A stretch of 63,396 nucleotides of DNA, filler included, from Choristocarpus tenellus KU-1152 (taxonomy: Eukaryota; Protista; Phaeophyceae): the NCBI GenBank assembly GCA_964200185.2. It is 13 parts of 13 records of this genome, joined end to end, with 100 filler letters (N's around TTAATTAATTAA, not from the genome) between each part and the next. Parts side by side here need not be neighbours in the genome. Positions count along the whole stretch, not along the records: positions 47,997 to 57,735 come from CAXNAD020003441.1; positions 57,836 to 60,395 come from CAXNAD020026769.1; positions 60,496 to 63,396 come from CAXNAD020023793.1; 10 more parts are not named here. One strand, 5' to 3'. The position numbers were made by a program, and so were the translations under genes. The notes below the pieces were generated by a model that was not told the DNA's origin, did no database searches, and saw only the letters and a program-made list of their open reading frames with translations. This document shows, one piece after another, positions 50,692 through 63,396 of the stretch; the first letter of the stretch is position 1, and every line of letters begins with the position of its first letter.

Positions 50692-52770
50692 CAGCTGCAT
50701 TATCTCCTGATCACTCTGTAGTCCCATAGCTCTGAGGACAATCACAATTGGGACATCATCTCCCAGGCTGTTGTGCTTCATGTACACCTTCCCATTCTTG
50801 AAGTGGATGTTACATCGAGACCTGTAGCAAAACTAAATAGAGTCAGCACAAGTGTGCTCAAATATCGATCTATATCTCTTTCATTTAAACAAAAAATGAC
50901 TTTGGCACTATGACATAAATACATTCTTATCATGTTTTTATTTTCCTTTTATAAGCAAATATGAGCATTTTTTTTTTATAATCGAAAAAATCGAAGAGAT
51001 CAAAAAATTCAAAAAGCATTCAAGTAGTTCTTTTTTCAACATAAAATTTTAAAATGTATTTCAATTTTAAAATATGAGATAGTCATTTTTAAATCACATT
51101 TTCATTTGAGATTTCTTTTAAATGTTTCCCAACAGTATGACATTTCAAAAAAGAAAGCAAGACCAAGAAGTTTTATTACTCACTCAAATTTGACCACTAC
51201 AGATCCTACTGAAGTTAAAACAGGAGATAAAATAACTCAAGCAGCTATTATTGAATTATGAAATTTTCGAACCCCAAAAAATATTCTTTCTCAACATAAC
51301 CCTAACGCTAACCCTAACCCTAACCAAAAAAATGCAAGAACATAAAATCTAAACACATCAAAGAATAATTCTATATTTCTATCACTTCCTCTCATGTGCA
51401 GATGAAGTTAAAAAATCTAAATACATCACAAAATAATTCTACATTTCCAACACTTACTTCCTCTCATGCTTAGATGAAGTGAAAAAAAATTATATACATT
51501 AAGAGTATTATTCAATATTTCCAACACTTACTTCCTCTCTTGCATAGATGAAGTGAAAAAAAATCTACATACATCAAACAATGACTCTACACTTCCACCG
51601 CTTGCTTCCTCTCCTGTGTAAAAAAAGTGAAAAGATATACACATCAAAATAATAATTTCTATGTATCCAACACTTACTTCCTCTCGTGTGTGGATGAAGT
51701 GATAGCTGCAGACACGTTCTTCTTGGCATCTAGCTCAATGATCACACGGTTCTTGGAAAGCTGTTCCTGCATCAAAATCACCTGGCACATGAGGACAAAT
51801 AGAAATAAAACAAAAAAATAATGTTCGCATCCTCAGCTCAAATATTATTATTTTGAACAAAGATATAATAACATTCCTTTTCAAATATATTTTTGAACAA
51901 AGATATAATAACATTCCTTTTCAAATATTATTATTTTGAACAAAGATGTAATAACATTCCTTCTCAAATATTATTATTTTGAACAAAGATATAATAACAT
52001 TCCTTCTCAAATATTATTATTTTGAACAAAGATATAATAACATTCCTTTTCAAATATTATTATTTTGAACGAAGATATAATAACATTCCTTCTCAAATAT
52101 TATTATTTTGAACGAAGATATAATAACATTCCTTCTCAAAAATTCAACTCCTACATGCTCAAATATTTTGAAAAATATCAAACAGAACATCGGCATCCCC
52201 AATTCAAATTCTTAAAAAACAAAATATCTATTAGATTTTCAAAACACCTTCAACAAATTCAAAAACAAAACACACAACACAATAAACAACACCCGCCTTA
52301 CCACATCCTATAAAACTACACTGATTATTGTACTCTCTGTTCCAACCCTATCCCTTCAATGCCAGCACTGTACCTACAACTAACTACACACCACTTTACT
52401 ATATTCTACAGCCTTCAACCTCCAAACTCATACTGAACCATGCCGGAACTGCTTGGTACGCCTAGCTGGACTACATTGCCTTGCCTTGCCTTGCCTTGCC
52501 TCTATTTTTTTTGTTTCCAAGTTCAGGTACCAAATAGAGCCAGTTTATCGAACAGTGTGAAAATACTGACATGAATTAGAGTTTCCCCCACCAACAATAT
52601 ATCGGTATGACATTATGAGGTATACCACAGATATGCAAATAAATATAGACCACAACCAGTATGTTGTAATGCCTGATACATTGTATCACCATTGGTTTCT
52701 TTCACTCTAGTCATACAGTCATACGTATCACTCCAATAACTCTCACCACTCACATGTTCATATATAATAG

Positions 52771-52818
<48 letters not shown>

Positions 52819-55800
52819 CTACTTCCCTGATTCAAGTTGTAAAAAAACACTAATTATATTTTTTTTTTCTGCACTTCTTCACGTCGCTGCTCTTACCTCT
52901 TTCTGTCTGACATACCTATTTCTGTCATTAGTCAAACAGATCATGCCAATGTATGTAACACAACAGTCTTATCACAATAGTGTTATGCATACAACACAAG
53001 AGAGCATGTAGCGCACAAAGAACACACTTCCTGATCCACAAGAACACGAGTAGCTCAACAAACCAAAAAAAAAAGTGAAAAAAAAAGTGAAAAAAAAAAT
53101 TACGAAGTATTGCAGGTTCAAATCAAATCAAATCAAATCAGAAGAAGAGGGCGAGTCAAGGTTTACCTTTTCAACACCCTTCACCACAAAATATCCTCCA
53201 GGATCGTAGGGGCACTCTTTCATAGCAGCGAGCTCCTCATGCTTCTTTCCTGTCAGAACACACTTGCAGCTGATGGAAACACACAATATAACATAACACA
53301 ACACACAACACACAACACACACGCACAAGATATGATACAACACACAGTACACAGCATCAACATTAGTTAAGCATTAGCGGGGGGNNNNNNNNNNGGTACA
53401 ACTCACGGTAGACAGCATTAACATTAGTTAGGCATTAGCGGGGGGGGGGGGTGGATTCTGCATCGACCAAAATCATGACCCTAACCCTAAGTATATTTCA
53501 CACCTACTCTGATTTAGGGTTGAGGTTAGCCTTCAGAAATAGGTATAAACTAACACAACTACAAATCAACCACCAACACCACCACCACCACCACCACAGT
53601 GATTTATTAAAAATTTACATCAATGATAAATAAAAGAATTACATAAGAATAAAAACATGTATACTCCTCTTGCTCAGCAACGAGTTTAAAATATTTTTGT
53701 GTCTTCTTTTTAGCCTTCAAACGCAATAGATCGGATCATATCTTTTTGAACATTTCCTCTGGAAGCCTTGCAAAAAGCCATTATTTTTTTATCAGGTTAC
53801 CCTAGAATCGCACAGAAACCCTAACCCTAACCCTTACCCTAACCCAACATAGTCAATTAATAACCAACACTATCCAACACTATTCAATACAAATTAACAC
53901 TATTTAACACAATCCAACACTATTCTACGCAATCTTAACTCTATTTAACACAATTAACACTACTCCACACCATTTAACACAATTAACACTATTCAATACA
54001 AATTAACACTAATAACACTATTTAACACAATCCAACACTATTCTACACAATCTTAACTCTATTTAACACAATTAACACTACTCCACACCATTCAACACTA
54101 ACACCACTCCACACAATTTAACACAATTAACACTACCCCACTGCGAAGAGACAAAAAAAACTATTTGAACTGGCATCAAACAGAAAAAAATAACATTACA
54201 ATAATCTAAAAATAAAAATAAAAATGGGATGAAAGATGACAAAAAGAATTCAATAAAAAACAACAGAACAAGCTTAAAGCAGATCAACAACAATATAAAA
54301 TAAAAAATACAACAATGAAAACATCAGACTCAACACATTCAACTACCCACCCCCACCCCCACCCCCACCTAATAGAGAGATTAATTTATTCGAGTGGTCA
54401 TTGGGAAGAAGCTACATACATAAGGTTAAAATGAAAAATTAGTACCCTAAAATGGCAAGTCAATACCCTAAAATGGTGTATCAATACCCAAGAGGACATC
54501 CAAAAAACACAGCTTTCTGATTCTTGCCACATGTAACGTTTCACTAAACTTGAAAAAGAAAATACACTAAATAAAAATGCCGTTTTTTTTTTTAGGACCT
54601 CCAGAGACGACCTAAGAATGAAAAAGGATTTGAGGAAAAGGGAACAGATCAAGGACTCTTAGGGACAGACGATATCGAGCAGCTGTGATCACTCTTAGTG
54701 ATGGAGTCGTGCTGCTAAGGTTAGGGTTGACATTCGAATTTGCAAATCAAAAAGGAATACTTTAAAAAAAAATACCTTCAATTCAAAATGCCGATGTCTT
54801 GGGTGTGCAGATTACAGAATGAAAATTCCTTTCCCAGGCTAAGATATCAATATCACAAGTATTGCATCACAAGTATTCTTACAGTTACAAACATGTTCCA
54901 AATATTCCATACCATCATCCTTGATCATGTATTCCAAATGCCTACCATACAAAACACAATTATTCTTACAACTACACACACATACATACATGTTCCACAT
55001 ATTCAATATCATTCTTAATGTATTCCACTTGCCTACAACACAAAACCCAATTATTCTTACAATTACACACACACATGTTCAATAGCATTCTTAATGTATT
55101 CCACTTGCCTACAGCACTAATCACAATTATTCTTACAATTACACACACACACATGTTCAATAGCATTCTTAATGTATTCCACATGCCTACAGCACTAATC
55201 ACAATTATTCTTACAATTACACACACACACATTCAATATCATTCTCAATGTATTCCACATGCCTACAACATAAAATAACAGCTTTTCTTACAATCACACA
55301 CTCACACACATATTTCACAGATCCAATATCATTCCAAATTGTGCATCCCACATGCCAATAATATAAATGTCACAACCATTATTACAATAAAATGTCACAA
55401 TAACATACATATTCACCTATTTTATTTGTATTTTTATTGTTCACCGAGTATTCCACATACTCCACAAAAAAACACATTCAATATCCCAGCTGTATACACA
55501 CCAGTATTCTCACCCCCACTTCCTCATCTCCACCTCAGTACTCAGTACCACTCGTGATTACTATACACTACAATTATGATACACCCAAAAAGGAGTCAGT
55601 TTTACATCTTCAACCACCCCCCCCCTAAAGTAAATGACGTATATTTATATTTATATATATATATATATATTATTCCTTCTTCACCTCTGGAGCATGATAG
55701 GTACTCTGCCAATGCAGACATTGTTCTTGTTCACTATCTGATGTGCCCTTGTATAGCGAATGTTAACATACAGCGGAGCCGAGTAAGTGCAGTCTCTCAA

Positions 55801-57488
55801 TCTACACTGGAAGGGCGTAACTGCCATGAGGATGACAAAGAGAGAACGCAATAGTACAGAGGTGTCAGTTACAGTGTCAGTTACAGTGTCAGTTACTGTT
55901 CCTATTAATACTATTACTAAGTGCTGTTATTTATTGCCTGTAAAAAATGTTATTACTAGTGTAAAATAACGTGTGACTATCGTAAAATAAAAATAATATT
56001 AATAGTGATATTAATACTGCTGTTATTAAATAATATTAATAGTGATATTAATACTGCTGTTATTAAATAATATTAATAGTGATACTAATACTGCATTATT
56101 AAATACCTTTGAGGTTATTGTAACAAGTGTTATTACCAACAGAAAATTAGGAGTGTGAGGATACATGTTGCAGGAGTTTAGTGTTCAGAAAAAAATGATC
56201 GAAATAAGGTATACCATATATTTCGAAAAAATGACCAATGAAGGTTAAGGGTGTGGTAATTCAGTACCAAAAATAGGCATATCCAGAATGGGTCAAGGTT
56301 AAAGATAAGTGTGCAGGATAGGGTAAACCAAATAGGTCACAAATAAGATACACCTTTCTGACGTAGGGGTAAATCTCTTGGCAGTTACAGGAAAGAGGCA
56401 GTCTGATTGCGCCATCTTAGACCTGCATGAATGTCTAACACACCCTACATACATACTCCTCTGACAAACACCACATATTATGTATTTGTGTGTGTGCATG
56501 TAGTCATTTATACATGGCAAGTACTACTGTCCATATGCATAAATATGTAACACTTTTCAAACGTAGTTACATACACATAAATACACTTACATACACCAAA
56601 ATATATATTTTTTTAAACACCTGAATACTCTTTACGTACCTAGACCCTCTTCCCCTCCCTAACCCTAGAGAAGAGATACAAGAATACTACTACAAAAATA
56701 GTAAAATAACTAAAAACAATATCAAAAACAAAGATAAAGGGGTGACTGTAGCTACAAAAAATAAATTGAAGTAAACAAATAACAAAAAAACATAGGTGGC
56801 GCTACCTGGAGGCAAAGCTGTTGTATTGAGTAGAGTTTAATCACTGTTAAAAAATGCAAAATAAAATACTATTGTTACTACGTAAATATATTTAAATATA
56901 TTTAAACGTGAGCGAGGTAAACACTACCCCCACCAATTCCCAAAAACTATTAAGATGTCTCTCTTTCACTCTTATCTTCCTTGATCAAATTTGTCCAATC
57001 TCCCCCTCACATGCCCCACCACCATGCCAGACCTCTACTCATTACCACCTCACCACCATACCCAGTCAACCTACCTGGTGAAGGAGGAACACGATCAATC
57101 ACAAGTGTGTACACTTGCTGTGCAAGCTCGTGCATCTGGAAAACACACACAGTTATCCTCTCACAGAAGCAGTCCCTCTCATACAATACAAAAACCTAAA
57201 TTTCTCTTAATAAAATAAAATAAAATAAAACAACACTACACTACACACCCAAACACAAACACAAACCCTAACCCTAAGCGAGAATAATAATCTAACCCTA
57301 ACCCTAGACCACGCCCGCCCCAAAACAAAAAAAAACAATAAAATATGTTGTTTTTTTAACTCACTGGATTTCACAGTGTAGTCGTCCTCCTCCACACAGG
57401 GGGTTCCCACCCGGATACCAGTGTACTGCAGGAAAAACTTTGGGTCTGAATCACTGAGTAGCTCACGGTTCCCCTTCGCCTGCACAAT
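50692..57488 (-). CDS. RPC2: RNA polymerase III second-largest subunit, internal exons 57488-57365, 55820-55685, 53269-53167, 51781-51678, 50821-50692
   Basis: In-phase splicing gives IVQAKGN...[17 protein letters not shown]...[25 protein letters not shown]...[15 protein letters not shown]...[33 protein letters not shown]...TSSTHERKS...[28 protein letters not shown], which is diagnostic of POLR3B/RPC2. Confidence 0.95.
51345..51705. repeat. ~73-bp tandem repeat, 5 units, spanning an RPC2 exon-intron donor junction
   Basis: The CACTTACTTCCTCTC...GATGAAGTGA core recurs at about 51384, 51451, 51525, 51599 and 51671. The last unit is the real exon end. Confidence 0.9.
51838..52140. repeat. 39-bp near-perfect tandem repeat, about 8 copies
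   Basis: TCAAATATTATTATTTTGAACAAAGATATAATAACATTCCTT, head-to-tail with no spacers. Confidence 0.95.
53860..54135. repeat. degenerate AACAC-rich minisatellite
   Basis: Repeated ttaacacta/tttaacacaa modules with a higher-order period of about 120 bp. Confidence 0.85.
54860..55345. repeat. ~80-bp tandem repeat, about 6 copies
   Basis: Recurring CATTCTTAATGTATTCCAC...CAATTATTCTTACAATTACACAC unit. Confidence 0.9.
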
Positions 57489-57607
57489 CTGGAGAGAGAG
57501 AGAGAGAGAGAGAAAGAGAAAGAGAAAGAAAAAGAGAGAGGATTGGACTTCCACTGGGCATCAGTTACTGTCATAATGCTCAGTTCCTCTTCAGAAATTG
57601 AAATAAA

Positions 57608-57639
<32 letters not shown>

Positions 57640-57704
57640 TGAAGAAAAGAAAAAAAAAAAAAAAAAAAAAAAACAAAAAAAAAGATATACACACACTGAA
57701 AAAA

Positions 57705-57735
<31 letters not shown>

Positions 57736-59580
57736 NNNNNNNNNNNNNNNNNNNNNNNNNNNNNNNNNNNNNNNNNNNNTTAATTAATTAANNNNNNNNN
57801 NNNNNNNNNNNNNNNNNNNNNNNNNNNNNNNNNNNGGGGGGGACAAAGTGAATGTTCAAAGATAGTATCCACAGCTTTGCACGCCCATTCCGATGGTGAA
57901 ACCGATGATTTTACTTTTTTATCCTTCCCATTTCTGTTTTATTTCTTGCAACTCCTTCCTCACTTTCACGACACACTCTCAAAAGCATGGTCTCAATTGA
58001 GGCACGTGACGTGGCCTTGCCATGTTACGGGACTTGACTCGATAGAGTCACGTAACTCAAGTTGGACACGTATGTGTCTGCACCATCAACAACCCGCAGT
58101 TCAATGAAGCGCCACCTGAAGAGCTTTGATTATTGACCTAGTGGTTTTAGAAATCATTCAGGACCTGTTCCGGAATGACTAATACTGGTGTTAATACTGG
58201 TGTTAATACTGGTGGTTACTGTATGGGGTGGGTGCTAATTTTGTAGGTGCTCTTGAATCACTATCGTTTTTGTAAGCGTGACAGGTAGGCACGGGGGGTA
58301 ACAGCGCTTGAAAACGTTTTTGGAAGGCGTTATTATATTATTATATCAGCAATGGCGATAGGGGGGGTGGGGGGGGGGTGGGGGGGTGCACTTGCCTCGA
58401 TTAGATTTTTTTTTTTCCAAGGGATGAAAGTTGTGGTGTCAGAGGAGACGGAGGATGATAGATGCGGACGTCGATACATCGTAGCGAGTTGCATTGGCCT
58501 CTCAGTATGGAAGGAGTTTCCGTTTTGACCAAGCTGTTATTCTATTCGTCGCAGTGTTGCGTTTGACAGATTGCCTGCATTGACATGTCCCCAGAGAGGG
58601 GGAGGGGGGGGAGATCCTGATTCATAGTAGGGAATAAGTTTCCTGGAATGTGCTTTGTGGTCATGAAAAAACCGTGAGCAGCTAGTTATGGACACAAGGT
58701 TGCCTGACCTCCTCCGTGTGTGGATGTACTCCAAACCTCGGGTCTCCTTTTTTTTTAGTACTTTTGAAGCAGAGGTTACTACTGGGTGGGGGTGGGTGTA
58801 TGTGAGAGAGGTGACGTGTTTGCTTTTCGACCCGATTTGACTGTTTTTGACTGTTTTTGAGGTTCGTGTGTGTGTGTGTGTGTTTTTGTTTTTTTTTCTT
58901 TCAAATCTTTTATAGAAAATAAAAGGGGGTAAAAAAAAAGAGTGAAGTATTCTTTTGAAAGATGTGCAAAAGATTTCGAATAAGGACGAGATAAAATCTG
59001 ACTCTTCAAGATAAAAGCACAGTAAAATAGTGAAAAAAAATATAATACAAAGGGACCCGAACAAAGAATTGCACATCCGTGGGCTATTATTATTATTATT
59101 ATTATTATTGTGTGCTCCTTTCAACTTGTGCCACCAGGGAATGTCACAAGGGCCACTTGAAACTGAAAAGTTAGCAGAACTCCTCTTTTGTTGTTGGTGT
59201 AAGGTTAACCTTTATTGGTGATGGTTTAGTGTTAGGGCTAACCTCTGTGTTGAAGGGGGAGGAGATAAGTCCAGTACAGGTATTATACTCTTTAATTCTA
59301 AACAAATGCTTGCCCCATCCAGAAAGTACGCTGTCTGGTACACTAATAGTCGATACATAATATGTATATAGGTGTATAGGTATGAGTGTTCATGGTCTAA
59401 TGACATCACGATCAAATTATGTACTGGATGTTTTCCCCTGTTAACATGGTGCCGGGTTAGGGTTAGGTTTAGGGTTAAGGTTAGGGTTAGGGTTAGGGTG
59501 AGCTGATATGTTTTGCTTTGCCGCTGCCATTTGATACTCCTGCACCTCCACCTCCAACTTTTTGTTTTGTTTTGTTTCAG

Positions 59581-59656
59581 ATTAGAAGACGATTGCACGA
59601 TATTGAGGGAAGTGGACATAAATCACATCACAGTCATCAGTACAGTTCTAGCACAG
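59581..59656 (+). CDS. isolated exon, possibly RMD1/DUF155 family
   Basis: Bounded by a polypyrimidine-CAG acceptor and a GTGATG donor. LEDDCTILREVDINHITVISTVLAQ resembles the DUF155 segment before SxALxxYE. It is a single short exon. Confidence 0.4.
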
Positions 59657-59811
59657 GTGATGAGAAAAGAAGGGGCAGGGATACAGTGCCCCACCCCGAC
59701 ATGTTTTTGCATGGTGTTTGTGGTATTCGAAGAATATAAATATGCATACACACACATAAATATTAATTTCTTCATGAATCGTTTTATTTTTTTGTGTTTT
59801 ATGTATTCATT

Positions 59812-59995
59812 TATTTATTTAGTTTTACTAGTCATTTTTGTTGTGGTGCAGTAAGTCTGCAATTCCTCATTATTATTATTATTACTATTATTATTTATTT
59901 ATTTATTTTTACTAGCCATTTTTGTTGTGGTGCAGTAAGTCTGCAATTCCTCATTATTATTATTATTATTACGATTATTATTTATTTATTTTTGC
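59812..59995. repeat. ~85-bp direct tandem duplication with (ATT)n
   Basis: TTTTTGTTGTGGTGCAGTAAGTCTGCAATTCCTCATTATT occurs twice. Confidence 0.9.
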
Positions 59996-62900
59996 AGAAT
60001 ATTGAGTCTGTCCACTTTTGACAGATCGTCCGCTAATTTATACATTTTTTTATTTTCACTGTCCATAATTCAATTCAGAACCTTCAGACTTTTGTAAGAC
60101 CAGTGAAAATAGTGCTACTGTAGTTGTGTATTTTTTATATTTTCTACTGGAACATTGATATACCGTGGTTATGTGGTGTGTCACTGATAATTGACAACTA
60201 CTGATTGCCCCCAATAACTGAGTTACGTCCTATTATAACTTGGGATATATATATAAGGTTAGGGTTACATGTATATGTGGGTTAGGGCATGGGTGAGGCA
60301 TGCAATGCCCGATCAAGTTACAAGTGTGGAGGTGGGATGATGGGTAGTAGTTTGAGATGGAGCACTCGCTTCCTCTGCCTCTCCCTCTCCCTCACNNNNN
60401 NNNNNNNNNNNNNNNNNNNNNNNNNNNNNNNNNNNNNNNTTAATTAATTAANNNNNNNNNNNNNNNNNNNNNNNNNNNNNNNNNNNNNNNNNNNNATCCT
60501 CCATAGTATGCTCCATCCTCAATTTTGGTGAGAGGCTGTTACATTGTGCCGTTAAAAAAACTTCAAAACTGTGCTGATACCATCCACATTTTCTGTTTCC
60601 CACCGCCAGGATTGAACTCTCTCATTATTTCGAAAAACAAGTAGATTCACCTCTTCTTGGATGTTCTCTTGTTGACGGTGCTCAAGCTGTTTCTCAAAGC
60701 CCCTGGCTAGACTATGTTTCGCACATCTTTCGGTGACTGATGAACAAGATGTGGACTGAAAACAAACGTCTTGTCATGGATATTACGAACCTCCGAATCT
60801 GGACTACTACAAGGCGCCTAGGGTCGAATTTGTTTGCGATCAGGTTAACAAGCGGTATGACACCTTCAGAGGGTATACTGGATATGGTTCATATGTTCAG
60901 ATATTTCCTTAAACACTGATACGATTTCCTCCTTTCACAGTTGAGATAAAGTCTGACAATCACAAGCGTGCCCTAGAAGATTGTTCATGTAGTACTTGAT
61001 ATAATTATTTTCTCATTTGCCCACACACAGTATTCTACAATAGTGTATCTCCAGTAGGACTGAATTGTTTGGTCAAGATTGGAAGTGAGTTGGTAGGGTT
61101 CCCTCTACTAGTACTCACACTGACAGTCAAGAACAACCCTACTCCCAGAAGTCTCTTAACGTCTCGATCTTACTAGATCCTTCAATATAACAAGTGTAGA
61201 AAACTAGACTATTCTCAGAATGGGAAAACTAGAAATAGAATTTCTGGAAAGTAACGGTTTCATGTGAAACTCCTACTTTATTTCACTATGTATCTGGTGC
61301 TTCCATTATCTTCAATCCAAGTCTGAAGAGCACCAAATACGAACATTATATCATCTACGAAACTTAGTTGTTCCTACTATACATTGTCTTTTTTACTGCT
61401 CCTGTGCATTCCACTCTGGGCATCCTCCTTGGGCTCTGTGATTGAAGGAGGTTGATGTTCCCTGCACGCATTTCGCGGGGATTCACCCTTACAATAATGC
61501 AATCAATTGTATACATGTCGGGTTAGTACCTTGACTCTCAGAATGTACTAACACCAATTACTATTTTATACCACTCAATATTCCTGGGCATAGATACTAC
61601 GAAGTATTTATATAAAATGAAATAGTAATCAAATGTAAGGAGCTACTTTGTGTTAGTTTTTGTAGCAATGAAGTTGAAGTTGATCAAGATCAAAGATGAA
61701 ATAATACAAAATTAGCAGGAGAAGAAGATTGCACTGTACTCATAATATACATTCAGTTCACAGTCCCGAGCAGAGTTAGTTTTGAGAGATCGATGAGAAA
61801 GACTGGGATACGCACACATATATAATAACGTTTTCATTATTTTTAAAGGAAAACAACTCCAATAGTTGTATCCCTTCACAGCTACTGGTAGCAACATCGA
61901 CGCTATAGAAGGGTGGCAAGGGACAGCCAAAATTTGGTCTGTAGAAGTATTTGAAGAGTATCAATAATTCCTTAGTGGTGGTAGTTCATTGATCGACTAA
62001 TTCATTCATGCCGCTTCTACGAAAAAAGCAAATGATACAACATCAGAATCACACAAAATATATTAAGTTCGACGTTTTCCGCTTTCATGGCAAAGAAGGT
62101 ACTCTTGCGTAGTATATTAATGATACGAAAAACAAAACACAGGATGATCGGAACCTGAAAAACCACCAAGGAACGCACTATTGTACCTACTCTTACAGGC
62201 AACAATTAAGCATCTTGTTTGGTTCCAACCGATTGGTTTGCCCGGATGGTATGACGTAGTAAAGAGGCCTTTACTACTCGTAACTAGGGTTAGGGAGGGG
62301 GCAATGAAGAAAGAGGTTGAATAGCTTTACACGCATGCGTCACATTGCAAAACATGCAAACGCACACAGAGTACAGCAAGAGTATAAAACATGCAATCTT
62401 GATCACTAAACTGAACGGTCTTGTTCATAAGAGTCAAACATACTTCACCCCTTGCTTGTGTTTCACTTAGTAACTACAAACATCCTCACTCTGTCTCATC
62501 AAAGCATCTTACTCAACAAAACATCAACATAGCACTACCATCAGTCCATGTAAAACAAAAAATGTCAAAAGAGAAGGAAACACCCACCATATTAATAGAT
62601 GATCTACTCCAATCTGGAGTACAACAACCTTAACCTTAAAAAAAAACGAGGGGCTGAGTTACAACAGTAAATAGTGAGGAGACTGATGCGACCTGGACAT
62701 TGAGTCACTCCATTATATGCCAGCAATCACGATTACCTCCAAGTCAAACCTCAAAACGCCCCCAAAATTTTATCGAAAAAAATACACTACAAAACACACA
62801 ACACTCCTACCATATAAGCAACACAGTGTAAAGATCTTTTCGGCTCTTTGGATCAAACGCCTCTTTAAAACTTACTTTTTCGAAATTGAAAAAGTACAGA

Positions 62901-63024
62901 CACGGCATCAAATCAGAAGAGATCCCTTGCTTGCAGTACCCCTCAAACCAAAGAACGGTTCGGTGAATCCCCCCAACCGAACAAACGAATTAAATCTACC
63001 AATCACACCCGACACCCCCCCAAA

Positions 63025-63396
63025 ATGGACCAATCATACCAGTCCCAACCCAGCAGCTTGCCAGTGAGTACTCGGTACCCCAAGCGTAATATATATATGC
63101 AAGTAATTAAAAAAGTAAAAAAATCAGCTGCAACGGAATCAAGTCCAAGTTGATTGCCATACCCCCTGAAGTGTGCACGACCGATCCAATAACACCTCTC
63201 TCCCTCTCTCTTCTCTCAAGGAGAGGTTGTTCCATCCAAGGAACAGACATCTTGTGGGGTTGACTGACCGCTCAATATCCCAGGGGACCTATTGTGGGGA
63301 CGATGCACACCACCTTCCCCCCGGACTGGAGATCGGTACGGGCTCCTCCCCCCCTGCCCAGCAGAACGGCTGGGTCTTGCAGGCAGCGTCTTCTTT
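63025..63396 (+). CDS. possible gene start, unknown product; exons 63025-63063 and 63221-end
   Basis: An ATG, a GTGAGT donor and a strong polypyrimidine acceptor, with the joined frame open to the window end (MDQSYQSQPSSLP-ERLFHPRNRHLVG...). Confidence 0.35.

Noticed and set aside
51838-52140. 39-bp repeats of CRISPR-like length
   Set aside because: The units are head-to-tail with no unique spacers, there are no cas genes, and the array lies in a spliceosomal intron.
60496-62700. Possible retroelement or gene remnant
   Set aside because: No interpretable ORF or motif found on either strand.

Overview
This window is not a contiguous locus. It is 13 short scaffolds joined by an artificial 100-bp linker (N44-TTAATTAATTAA-N44). 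The DNA is eukaryotic and intron-rich, most likely from a photosynthetic, flagellated stramenopile of the brown-alga type (inferred from an ASAFAP-like plastid-targeting peptide, an RWP-RK factor, a PGP-repeat axonemal protein and TTAGGG repeats). Splicing exons by hand recovers one complete gene, a 9-exon cytochrome-b5-fused front-end desaturase resembling sphingolipid delta-8 desaturases. It also recovers partial genes for CSN4, RNA polymerase III subunit RPC2, an ODF3/STPG-type protein, an At3g27390-like membrane protein, an RWP-RK transcription factor, an ankyrin protein, a membrane-anchored calpain, a possible bridge-like lipid transfer protein and a plastid-targeted protein. Mobile DNA includes a Ty3/Gypsy integrase with its LTR, a hAT transposase remnant, RTE- and CRE-like LINE remnants, and two related MITE families. 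The most notable observations are: (1) tandem duplications in RPC2 introns centred on splice signals (decoy donors and multiplied branch points); (2) one LTR with a PPT on one side and a tRNA-Lys-like PBS on the other; (3) a ~50-bp hairpin repeat found only upstream of genes; (4) an abundant AAAGTATCT-terminus MITE group found at 9 of the 24 scaffold ends; (5) a probable GC-AG intron. I see no convincing multi-gene novel system, and gene neighbourhood across linkers carries no meaning.
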